Origin: Atractiella rhizophila
Lineage: Eukaryota
NCBI GenBank assembly: GCA_021432655.1
Contig: MU271361.1
Location: forward strand, 1-63,134
Length of the DNA: 63,134 bases
Reading direction: 5' to 3'
The position numbers and the translations under genes are program-made. The notes under the pieces are model-generated. The model was not told the DNA's origin. It ran no database searches and saw only the letters and a list, made by a program, of their open reading frames with translations. Below, in pieces: positions 13,336-24,303 of the stretch; the stretch's first letter is position 1; every line of letters starts with the position of its first letter.

Positions 13336-14861
13336 TTAACTCTTTTGAAGTTTTCAGAATCATCCATTCCCTCGTTATTCTCAACCTTCACATGCCTCGC
13401 ATTCCATCACCATCATCGCAGTTATCAGTACTTAAAAAGAGTGTTGTATAACAGTCTTTTCTGGCCGCAATTACCTGCACATGCTGTATGTACCATGACA
13501 CACCATGACATGTATGAGTACCGCAACCTTCGTTGCAATTCTCTGAGTAGCAACCAGACAATGCCGCATTAATGTGGTTTTCCTCTCCTGATTTCGTCCG
13601 CAGACAATCGGTTGGTCCTGGTTTGTCGCCAGGATACGACATTGAACAAAGCTACAAGGGTGCGATGTCACTCAGGACAAAGAATTCTGAGATTGTGCTA
13701 CAGGAAGAGGAAAAAAGCACAAGGGTCTAAGGAACAAAGGCATCTGAGTCGGATCCTGCTCCGTTGGATCGGAAATGTCTTAGCCATATATGTTTATAGC
13801 TACAAGGATAGAAAGGGGAGCTTTGCAGGGAAACACATAAAAGCCAAGTTGGGGGAGCCACTGAGCATTATACTGCCCCCAATCAGGCTCCAGGCGTCGA
13901 ACATCCTTAACAATGCCTTGGCTGAACTTACATCCATTATACTCAAGCCGAATCACAAAGTCGAAAAGATGGTTTGTTATTCATGCCTGATTGACTAAAA
14001 CTCACAATGCTCCTAGGATTGCCCCAAAACCACAAGTGGAGATGGACGACGGTCGGTGGCACGACCCGAATCAACATCCACATTACCATGCGAGCGATGC
14101 AAGATTGTATCCTTGGACCTCATCAACTTTTCCTCGTCCTCCTAACAGCCAGATCGACATAGCTCTACAGGAGAGGGTCCGCGATAAGCATCAACTTCAG
14201 TATCGCGATGGTCCCTCCGCCGGAAACAGATACGGTTTCAATGAGGGTGTGGAGCCAGTTTATGGGGCTGAGCGCCCGCGAAGTAACTTCCATCGTGAGA
14301 TATTTCGGTCGAAATAATCGAACCTCCACCAGTGAACATTACGTTTTACAGCAAGAAGAATTATACAGCGAAACATTCGGGCTTTCCCAAGGCTAGGACG
14401 ATGGGGTTAAATAAGATAACTTGTGGGATGATTTATAACGGTTAAAGTACGATACGTTAATACAAAGACTGAATGACATGGTGCGACTGGTTCTACGCCT
14501 TAATGAGTATTACTGCATGTTCTACATTAACCTGAAATGTGGAGGAATTATTAAACGTAACACAGTTTGCAGGAATTAAGTCGTGAACCTGAAATTTTGC
14601 GATCATTTTAATGCGATACCAGTTATCCACATTATAATAAGCTGTAATTCAGATACCTCTCGCGGTCCGATCGATCTGATCATTCCAATGTAGGATGAGT
14701 CACTCTTGCATCGTCGGAAATGCGCACTTGCTGCATTACGGCAACGCATCAGGGAAAGTATCATATTGCAATGGATCAATGCATACCCAAGTAGCAATGC
14801 TGTAGTTCACTTGCCATAAAACCTGCCACATCGGAGGCTAGAAAACCGTGATCGTTAGAGA

Positions 14862-16138
14862 CCATGATGCAAGGTTCCTACTATGTTTCTGAAGACTTCC
14901 ATATTTCCCCACCTTCCTCTGAAGATTGTGAAACTAAGGTGAGATGCCTCATTAGAGTTGATTTCAGGGCTGTACTGAGAGAAACTAGAATTATAGGCAT
15001 AAAGAGTGGATGAAAGAGCGGGCTAGTCCACACAAGCGTAAGGATACAGCACAAAATGTCGTCTCCACTGAAACGAATACAGGATTCACTTCTCGGAAAT
15101 CACACCAGGCTCGCAAGATCATTGTTGCTGCCGTATTTCCCGAGTTCTACACCATCGACGAGGTAGACCGACTCTATGACATTGTTGATGAACAGCGTGA
15201 CAGAAACTACCGCTGGGATGGTACTCCAAACAGGGAACCTCATTGTCACCGGGTGGGGTGGAAGTTGAGAGCAGGTCATTATGAGGCAATTCGATGGGCA
15301 GGATCTCAACTTTCAGATGCTTCAGACGTTAATCGACGTAAGGTTGGCGCCTGGTGTCTCATAGGCATTATTTCATCCCTCTTGAACGAATGGCCCGAAA
15401 ATTGTATGGACCATCTTATGCTGCGCTCAGTCGTCCATCTCGGGATAGATAAAGCCGTGGGCGTGTATAAATGACAAGCAATGCGAAATGAAGGGTTTAA
15501 ACCTCCATCTTCGACGACTGGCCCAGGCTTTCTCTTTTCTTCAATCTCTGCACCTTACGCATACTTCCTCACCTCCCTGTAGCCCATCGAATCGTTTCTC
15601 AAGATAGAGTCAGGACGTCGGACAGACACAACTATGGTGGAAGAACGGCTAAATAGGCACTTGTCGCACATTTGAGTGATGTAACCTTCGATTCGTCGAG
15701 ATGCAAGAATGGAAAGCCCAAATATGTACCGAACGCGAACGGGTACTTTTGAGGAGCTGAACATTCCGTTGCTATTTCGACGAGAGCAGACTTTATTTGG
15801 CACTGCTCAACCAGACACAGAATACAGTACTCGTGTCCTGGAGAAACAGCTTTAGGGCGAGTAAAGTTCGTGACGAAATAACAAGCCAGCTTTCCCCAAC
15901 TTGAGTGAGGCTTAGGACTTTAGGCTCTAGGTGTAAGGTGTCGACGATGGTCAGTCCTGCTTGTTCAGTTTCCTTGTTCTCAGAAAAGTCGAGAATCATT
16001 CAGAAAGGGCCTGCGGTAGCTCGTGATTGGATTTCCAAAAAAATCCTTGACAAATTTGGGAACATGGGGCTGAATCGAGGGGGTGGTCTGGAGAGTATTG
16101 GAAGGAGAGAGGACAGAAATTTATGGGTACAAAGCTAA
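14862..16138 (+). pseudogene. Degenerate hypothetical gene (ORF 15010-15474 plus frameshifted or stop-interrupted continuation)
   Basis: A possible short first exon and GT-AG intron precede the 154-aa ORF. Protein-like fragments continue in shifting frames (LNLHLRRLAQAFSFLQSLHL) into the duplicated segment. No family recognised. Confidence 0.25.
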
Positions 16139-16934
16139 CTACCTGTCATCCCTGCTGCTATTACTTCAATAATTACATCCTGAGAACCAGAAGCCTTGAC
16201 CGCTCAACAGGCAGTAAATCGAGTAAACCAAAGTAAAGCCAGGAATTGAATTGTATTTTTGAAGTGTTCCATTTAAAATGGTAGGGTTAGGGTGTTGTGG
16301 GTGACATCGGAAAGAAAGGACCAGAAATAGCACAAGTTAAGAACGTCCAAGTCCCATCCCAAGTTTTCTCTCCCAAAACTAGCAACCGCCAGTCAGCATC
16401 TCTCTACCCAAAGTCCCATACTGAGGGACTCTTACTCCCACGTTATCGATGAAGAAGCTGCGGTGGACATTGGGAACGACACTGCCTGTCATCGTGTCGA
16501 CTAAACCCATCGGATGGAAGGGGAAAGGGAGGGATTGGGATTGGGATATTCAGGAATTTTCAGGGGGAGATGTCATGAGGAAGAGGGACGTGGAGTTGGA
16601 GATAGACGCGAACTATTACAGTTCGGACTATGTGGATACTCTGGGTGAGAGCTCGTGAGTGTCCCTCACTCTCCTTTCTCCGAAGATCAACGGGTGTGAC
16701 CGTCCTCATTCCTTCTCCACCTACTCCTAGGTCCCACCAATACCTTAACCGCCGTGAAAATGGGAAGAATGTTCCAGTGTACTACGAGTATAACGCAACC
16801 ACCGGACAGTGGGAGGAGACCAACAGTTGGCACCTGAACGGGGTCCAAGGGGAAGATGTTCACAGTCTGGATTCAGATCAGCCAGACAACGGATTCCAGC
16901 AAGCCATTGATTCTGGACAAGGCAGCAGTTCTTC
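15499..16934 (+). repeat. Direct duplication copy 1 (~1.43 kb) of 17256-18687
   Basis: Starts aaacctccatcttcgacgactggcc and ends caaggcagcagttcttc. Colinear with copy 2, with scattered substitutions and small indels. Confidence 0.97.
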
Positions 16935-16965
16935 AAAAAAAAAAAAAAAAAAAAAAAGGTGTTGA
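16449..16965 (+). pseudogene. 3'-truncated duplicate of the 18203-20392 membrane-protein gene, reading through poly(A) to ...SSSKKKKKKKRC*
   Basis: Same first exon and intron (16655-16730) as the intact gene. The frame runs through the A23 tract to a TGA at 16963-16965. Confidence 0.8.
16935..16957 (+). repeat. Poly(A) tract (23 A) at the duplication junction
   Basis: Seen directly. It is absent at the homologous position 18688, which continues tgtcccg. Confidence 0.97.
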
Positions 16966-17007
16966 ATTGAGCGGGACAATGGAGTGCTCAATCAGTAGGG
17001 AACGATT

Positions 17008-17019
17008 GGGCTCATAACC
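17008..17019 (-). mobile_element. Primer-binding site GGTTATGAGCCC complementary to the tRNAiMet anticodon arm (half-tRNA priming, copia/Ty5 type)
   Basis: The minus strand reads ...TTTCAACA|GGTTATGAGCCC, so the PBS directly abuts the LTR end, as in Ty5 and copia. Confidence 0.85.
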
Positions 17020-17255
17020 TGTTGAAACTGAGGTTCATCAGAGTGACAGAACGAAGAAAAGATCAGCATTGCATGAACGTTGGTGAGGAGTCACCTACCT
17101 GAGGTTCATCAGAGTGACAGAACGAAGAAAAGATGAACCTCAGATAGCTGAAAAACAGACTAAACTACGGGAGCGGGCGGAACTGACACCAGATGCGATA
17201 GCCAGCTCAAAAGGGCAGAAAGAAAGTAAAAGTCAAAAACGTAATAACTTCAACA
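17020..17255 (-). mobile_element. Ty1/copia-type LTR (236 bp), 5' LTR remnant
   Basis: Terminal inverted repeats TGTTGAA (17020) and TTCAACA (17255), with an adjacent PBS. No gag/pol in the window. Confidence 0.82.
17028..17143. repeat. 36-bp direct repeat and 12-bp inverted repeat inside the LTR
   Basis: ctgaggttcatcagagtgacagaacgaagaaaagat occurs at 17028-17063 and 17099-17134. ctgaggttcatc (17099-17110) is the reverse complement of gatgaacctcag (17132-17143). Confidence 0.93.
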
Positions 17256-18687
17256 AAACCTCTATCTTCGACGACTGGCCAAGGCTTTCTCTCTTCTTTA
17301 ATCTCTGCACTTTACCCATACGTCCTCCTCCTCCCTGTAGCTCATCGAATCGTTTCCCGAGATAGGGTCAGGACGTCGGACAGACACAACTAGCGAGAAC
17401 GGCTAAATAGGCACTTGTCGCACATTTGAATGATGCAATCTTCGATTCGTCGAGATGCAAGAATGGAAAGCCCAAATATGTACCGAACGCGAACGGGCAC
17501 TTTTGCTGAGCTGAACATTCCGTTGCTATTTCGACGAGACCAGGCTTTATTTGGCACTGCTCAACCAGACACAGAATACAGTACTCGTGTCCTGGAGAAA
17601 CAGCTTTAGGACGAGTAAAGTTCGTGACGAAATAACTAGCCAGCTTTTGCGAACATGAGTGAGGCTTAGGACTTTAGGCTCCAGGTGTCAGGTGTCGACA
17701 ACGGTCAGTCCTGCTTGTTCAGTTTCCTTGTTCTCAGAAAAGTCGAGAATCATTCAGAAAGGGCTTGCGTTAGCTCGTGATTGGATTTCCAAAAAAAATC
17801 CTTGACAAATTTGGGAACAAGGGGCTGAATTGAAGAGGAGGTCAGGAGGTTTTGGAAGGAGGGAGGACAGAAATTTATGGGTACAAAGCTAACTACCTGT
17901 CATCCCTGCTGCTATTACTTCAATAATTACATCCTGAGAACCAGAAGCCTTGAACGCTCAACAGGCAGTAAATCGAGTAAACCAAAGTAAGGCCAGGAAT
18001 TGAATTGTATTTTTGAAGTGTTCCATTTAAAATGGTAGGGTTAGGGTGTTGTGGGTGACATCGGAAAGAAAGGACCAGAAATAGCACAAGTTAAGAACGT
18101 CCAAGTCCCATCCCAAGTTTTCTCTCCCAAAACTAGCAACCGCCAGTCAGCAACTCTCTACCCAAAGTCCCATACTGAGGGACTCTTACTCCCACGTTAT
18201 CGATGAAGAAGCTGCGGTGGACATTGGGAACGACACTGCCTGTCATCGTGTCGACTAAACCCATCGGATGGAAGGGGAAAGGGAGGGATTTGGGCTGGGA
18301 TATTCAGGAATTTTCAGGGGGAGATGTCATGAGGAAGAGGGACGTGGAGTTGGAGATAGACGCGAACTATTACAGTTCGGACTATGTGGATACTCTGGGT
18401 GAGAGCTCGTGAGTGTCCCTCACTCCCCTTTCTCCGAAGATCAATGGGTGTGACCGTCCTCATCTTTCTCCACCGACTCCTAGGTCCCACCAATACCTCA
18501 ACCGCCGTGAAAATGGGAAGAATGTTCCCGTGTACTACGAGTATAACGCAACCACCGGACAGTGGGAGGAGACCAACAGTTGGCACCTGAACGGGGTCCA
18601 AGGGGAAGATGTTCACAGTCTGGATTCAGATCAGCCAGACAACGGATTCCAGCAAGCCATTGATTCTGGACAAGGCAGCAGTTCTTC
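17256..18687 (+). repeat. Direct duplication copy 2 (~1.43 kb) of 15499-16934
   Basis: Begins on the base after the LTR terminal CA and continues into the intact gene. Confidence 0.97.
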
Positions 18688-20392
18688 TGTCCCGAATCTA
18701 CAAGGCGACAGTGTTATCTCCACAGACAATCCCACTCCCACCACTGTCTCTTCCGTTCCTACTACGACCACCTCCCCTACCACTAAAGCTACCTCAACCC
18801 ATACCTCGTCAAGCTTTAGCATCACAGTCCCGAATGGCTGGACACCGCCAAAACGAGGTTCCAACCTTTACGCTTCTCACATCATCAGCGGCGTATCCGT
18901 CGTCTTAGCAGTCATGATCGCAGGATTAATAATAGCTGTGGTGGGGTGGAGGAAAAAGTGGTCATTCGGTGTCGGAATGTGGGGAAAGAAAAAAGCGAAG
19001 GAGAAGAAGCTGGAAGCTGATGCTGAAGGCACTGACGGGAAGGGAGGCCGAGGAGGGAATGGGAAGAAACGGAAAAAGAGCGCAGCGGTGGATAAGTTCA
19101 GAGCCGCATTAAGGAGGAGGAAGAACGCTAAACGCGAAGTGGAGAGAAGGAACGCCAGCCGCGACAGCTTTGAGCCCGCCACAACCTCCACTCTCGCTCT
19201 CCGTCCCGTCATTGCTGTTTCTGAGGCATCAAGACCCGGTTCACGGCTGTCAACTCAGTCCGAGCTGCCTTGTCCTTCCGTGCAAGGAACTACCCTCCAT
19301 CCTCTATCGTCATCGCGCCCTTCTCTATCCCGTTCCTCATCACATACACATTCCCATCTTTCAAGTACCGGTTCCCGTCGAGGCCCAGATCACAACGACA
19401 TCTCGCCCGATTCATCACCTCTCCTCCCACCAGCGACCTTTCCCGCCAACCCTCCGGCCTACATCAACTCTTCACCCGCCTCCTCAAGTCTTATCGCCTC
19501 CAATCTTTCCAGCGAAAAATGCCGATATTCCTCCGAGGAGCAAAGCGGCAGCGGATCAACGTTTGATCGATCAACTCCATTTCCCCCGCCTACCATTGAC
19601 GTACCCAATCAGGATGAGGCACCTCCCCCTCCCGACCCCTCACCTTCGCATGCTGTAGGGATAACGGGCCACATCGCCACGGACGATAAGACGATCCTTA
19701 GCAGGATGTTCGCGTCTGGAAGTAGACCAGAGGACGAGGAAGAGTTGATCGGGACCAGTAGCACTCCTGTCGTGTCTGCTCCTAATCTGGAAGTAGATGA
19801 CGACGGATTTGAGATTGTGGTCACTTCTCCGGAGGCAAGTTCATCGATAGCCGCCAGTGCCGCAGCCTCCACGTCCAACGCTTTCCCCCTCCCGCCCGCG
19901 CCTTTCGCCATGCCAACCTACACTCTCTCCCACCCGCCACGCCCACATCCGCATTCAAGCTCTCTGACACACTTCGTTGCTCAAGGATTCCCATCTGCCC
20001 CGGAATATGATGGTCCCATGACTTCTCGTCGGGAGGAGAAGAGGCGGGCTCTAGAAGCAGAAGCGGAGCAGGATTGGAGGTTCCGCCCTTCCGCGCCTGA
20101 GGAGGAAGGGGATATTCTAGACGAGGAGGAAGCGGAGGTCATCCCTTCAGCTCCAGAGAGGGAATCGATGGAACCAGATCGCGGTTTCTTACCTATGTAC
20201 GAGCCATCAGCACCTTCAGCGCCGCCCATGGTGGAAGAGCAGCTAGAAGGTCCTACTGCTCCACCATGGAATGAATCTGATGGAGGAGAAGAGGAGGGAG
20301 CGGAGCGACCGAGATCATGGCATTCGACGAGCACTGATCACAGTTTGAGGAGAAGGGATGGGAGTTTGAGGGATGAGTGTGCGGATGTTTGA
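18203..20392 (+). CDS. Uncharacterised single-pass membrane protein (~704 aa; S/T-rich stalk, TM, basic linker, PY/PSAP-rich tail)
   Basis: The intron at 18409-18483 joins the ORFs in frame. Contains a Thr/Ser-rich stretch, TM IISGVSVVLAVMIAGLIIAVVGW, a KR-rich juxtamembrane region, PPAY and multiple PSAP motifs. Confidence 0.8.
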
Positions 20393-20990
20393 GCCCCTTT
20401 GTTTTTCATTTGAGTGTTCAATTGTCCCAGCAGTGTTCTAGTCAGTTCGATTTGTTTGGACCTTTGTGACGGTCTTGTTTTTGATGGATTCGCTCGATTC
20501 GATTCTTCATTCCATTTCGACTGTGTCAGAAGGTTTGCTGTGGTTGAACAGGTCCGCTTCACTTTTCAACGTAGCTCATTGGTTGCAAGAGATTAAGATT
20601 AAGTCCACAAGTGGATCCAGTTTGGATTGTGATTATGCATGTGTCTCCTTTGGATGGCAGACATGGTAATGGATGATATGGAAGATGTGTACTTATTTTG
20701 CCACATACCTCAACGACCAGATCCAAGGCAACGCTGTTCTTGAGGCTGAAAGCCTGAACATGGAGTTGGGTCGCTCTCACGTCGCTTCAGGTTTCCTTCA
20801 TCTTCAGATAACTTAACGGCGTCCAATGAAAGTCCCGAGACTTGACATCGACGAAGTGAATCCGAAAGACGACCGACTGCCACCACCAGAGAGCGCGTCA
20901 GAACAGTATAAAGAGAACAACAGTACAACAGCGTCGAGATATCCACTCAAGCGAAATACTGCAGACTGAACGATACTTGAGGGTTTGAAC

Positions 20991-22145
20991 ATGGCCGAGA
21001 GTGTGAGCCCATCTTCTCTAATTGATGAAGGTCCTGATCTTTCCTCACAGACTACTCAACAACCCGTGAGCAACTCGTGTGCGCCTTTGCACCTTCGTGA
21101 CAAGTTTGAGACAGACAATCTTCCGCGATCGGGTCGTGAGCTACATTCGTGACCTCCAGAACCGAATCGTCGAAGGCATCGAGGCGGTTGAAGGGGGAGA
21201 GAAGAAGTTCTTTCGAGATGCCTGGACGAGGCCTAATGGAGGAGGAGAAGGGATTTCATGCGTTCTTCAAGACGCAACGGTGTTTGAGAAAGCTGGATGC
21301 AACATCTCAATCATCCACTCAGAGCTCTCACCAGCTGCGGTCAAACAGATGAGAGCTGATCACGGTTCTCGCTTCGATTGGTACGATGGAGAGACTAGAT
21401 TGCCTTATTTCGTCGTCGGTCTCTCCATCGTCTTTCACCCTCGTAATCCAATGGCACCAACCGTTCATGCCAACTACCGCTATTTCGAAGTCACAGATCC
21501 TGGAGTAGCTCCAGCCGAGGATGGATCGAGACCTGTCAAGAGTTGGTGGTTTGGAGGAGGATCCGACTTGACACCGTCTTACCTCTTCGAAGAGGACGCC
21601 GTCCATTTCCACAAGACTTTAAAAGATGCATGCGACGCCCATGATCCTACCTATTACCCCACTTTCAAGGCCACTTGCGATAAATACTTCTACATCCCTC
21701 ATCGAGAAGAGTGCCGTGGGATCGGAGGAATCTTCTTTGACGATGTAGCGGATAAAGATCCAAGTGAGATCTTTGCCTTCATCCAGAGCGCAGGAAATGC
21801 ATTTCTGGAGTCATACGTTCCAATCGTCGAGAAGAGGAAAGATATGGCTTTCACGGAACGAAACAAGCAGTGGCAACAATTGCGAAGAGGCCGTTATGTC
21901 GAATTCAACTTGGTACACGACAGGGGCACAAAATGTGCGTATTTCTCCTCACCTTGGTAGTCGAAGTCGCGCTCACTCTTGGGACAGTCGGACTCCTTAC
22001 GCCTGGTGCTAGAATTGAGTCGATTTTGATGACGATGCCCCTAACAGCTCGATGGGAGTACATGGCAGAGCTAGGAACTGAAGAAGGGACGGAGGAAAAC
22101 AAGTTACTTTCTATTCTTCGTCAGCCCAAGGATTGGATAAATTAA
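20991..22145 (+). CDS. HEM13: Oxygen-dependent coproporphyrinogen III oxidase
   Basis: [65 protein letters not shown] and [18 protein letters not shown]. The 5' micro-exon structure is uncertain. Confidence 0.96.
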
Positions 22146-22278
22146 TAAACAAGATAACAAAACGTATATGTGCAAATTGTACAAACACTTATCAGATCAT
22201 ATGGTCAATGTTCGTTTTCCACTCAAAGTAAAAGTACGGTGCGATCGAGAATACGGGAACAAGGAGAAATTTCTACGG

Positions 22279-24303
22279 TTACTCTAAACCAAGAGGACGG
22301 CGCTCGCTCCTCTGACGCTTCGTCAAAATCACGATATCCTTATTCGGGAGACGAGCAGCCTGATGGCCCTTATACCTCCCTTTTGCGATTTTGAAGGTAT
22401 CATTGACTTCCACACCGTTAGCGACAAGTCGAGACGAATTCGAGCGATGGACCACCTCAAATTCGCATCCCAATCCCAGTCCCAACCCCATCAATGGGTT
22501 GGAGGCCGAGTTGAAAATCGGCGGACAGCCAGTTGCCTCACATTCCCGTCTCTGACCATGTTCATATGCATGAAATAACGGTCTCGTCCATACCCTCTGA
22601 AATATCGCATCGAAGCTACTTCTGACTCCCCTCGATCCAAAACCATCCGTTGCAATGGCTCGTTCGGAAGGGACGCGTAGGCTGTTCTTCCTGCCGAGAT
22701 TCGTATTGCGAAAGGACATCAGGCGGGAGGAAGAGAAGGAAGTGCGACGTTTGGGAGGAGAAGGAGGCGGCGTGAAAGTGTAGTTGCGACGAGGATGGAC
22801 ATGTTGGGAGACGTTGGAGGGAGCAGTCACGTGGATGGTCCGAGTCGAAGGAGGTGCGATGACCCCAGTCGTAGGGATTCCAGACGGCACAATGCTGGCG
22901 AGACCGACGTAGACGAGATCTTTGAACATCGATTTCCTCTCCTGCTTCTTCTCTTTACCCTCATCCTGATGTTTTTTTCTACGCGGATCATTCTCAAGGT
23001 CTTTTCCCTCATTAAGTTTCACCATCTCCTCAGTCTTATCAGGACGGAGAAGCAGCCTTGTTCTTTTCGAGACAGCATGAGCGAAACGTTGTGCATCCGA
23101 TCGATCCAGGTTGGGAGAACCATCGGCGCTGAGTTCATTGTCGTGGTTTAGGTTGGGAGAGCGATCAGCGGGATGACGAAAGACGGAGGGGAGGGATGGG
23201 TGACGGAGACGTGGATTATTTGTGGGTTGAGATGACGGTCGACGTTGGGAGTGGACGGTTTGGGCGCGACGAGAAGGAGGATGGAGCGGTCTGGGGGATG
23301 AGATCGAGATTGGCAGGTCGCGAACTTTGGGATTGTCTTTTGAGAACGGCTGTGCAGGTGGATGTGGATACATCTTCACGTTGTTGAACGCATTCGAGTC
23401 TGTTCATCGAGGGTTTCAATCCATCAATTCGACTGAAGAGGCGGGATGTGAGGAATGCACACCTGTCACAGAAGCTGATCGCTTCTCTTGCTCCTTTCGG
23501 GCTCGATCGACTCCAATCACCACTTGCTCGAACTCTCCTATGCTCAATCCCGCTCTTCGCTTCTTTATCGTGGCCATCTCCGTGTCGCTCTCCCCCTTTT
23601 GTTGCCACTCAACCTTTCTCTCAGTACCCTCGCCAGCCGCGGTTGCGCCAAATTCGACAGTATCACTGTTGTGAAAGTGAAGAGACATCATCGACCGCTT
23701 TGAGGCCATGGGCCAAGGGACAGTAAAAATATTGAAATTCGGAATACTCAAACTTCTGAGACTGAGGTTGCTGACGTTTCTTGGTCCTCTGAAGAAGGAG
23801 AGGGATGGAGACGCGGGGGAGTCCTCACTGTTGGTACCCGGTGTAGTACCGTTCGAGTTGGAGCGGGAGCTGACCGGTTTTCGATGCGGGGACGAACGAA
23901 GGATTTTAGATGGCTTTCGTAGTCGCCTTCGCGTTCCAACGGTGAGGCTTGGGAGCAAGGCGGGAGAAGAGTCGAGGGATGGAGATGAGTCGAAGGCGGA
24001 GAGGAGAGGGCAGGAGAAACTTGGCGGTAGCTGAGAAGGTAGATCAGAAGTAAGAGGGTCTGAAGCAGGTTCTTTCTGGGCCGAAATTGATAGCAAGTTT
24101 GAAGGAGAAGTTGATGCGTCTATGAAGGAAACGCGATTAATACGTGGCTTGAAAGGAAGCAAGGAACAACGGACCGTCGACAACATGCTGAAGCGCAAAT
24201 GGAGTCCCGCAGATAGGAACTGTGGCTGGAGTTGAGGAACAAGAGTGAAAGACGTCCAGTTCGCCACTTGCATCTGTCGAGGGAGAGAATGCTGCCGCTC
24301 CAT
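22279..24303 (-). CDS. Hypothetical Ser/Pro/Arg-rich disordered protein (probably 2 exons)
   Basis: Two long adjacent minus-strand ORFs (316 and 366 aa) separated by an intron-sized gap. No domain recognised. Confidence 0.55.

Noticed and set aside
16280..16300. Telomeric repeat (GGTAGGGTTAGGG)
   Set aside because: Only one perfect TTAGGG unit is present, so it is not an array.
15499..16957. Classical processed retropseudogene
   Set aside because: It retains the intron and ~950 bp of upstream sequence, the poly(A) is mid-exon, and no short TSD was found.
16970..17035. tRNA-iMet gene or tRNA-derived SINE (GGGCTCATAACC on the + strand)
   Set aside because: No T-arm/B-box or acceptor stem follows. 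The match abuts an LTR end and is better explained as a minus-strand PBS.
16985..17120. Hammerhead ribozyme or box C/D snoRNA (CTGATGA on the minus strand)
   Set aside because: There is no GAAA after the putative stem II and no correctly spaced D/D' box. The motifs are part of the LTR repeat.
17028..17134. CRISPR-like array (two 36-bp repeats with a 35-bp spacer)
   Set aside because: Only two units, a eukaryotic context, no cas genes, and it lies inside an LTR.
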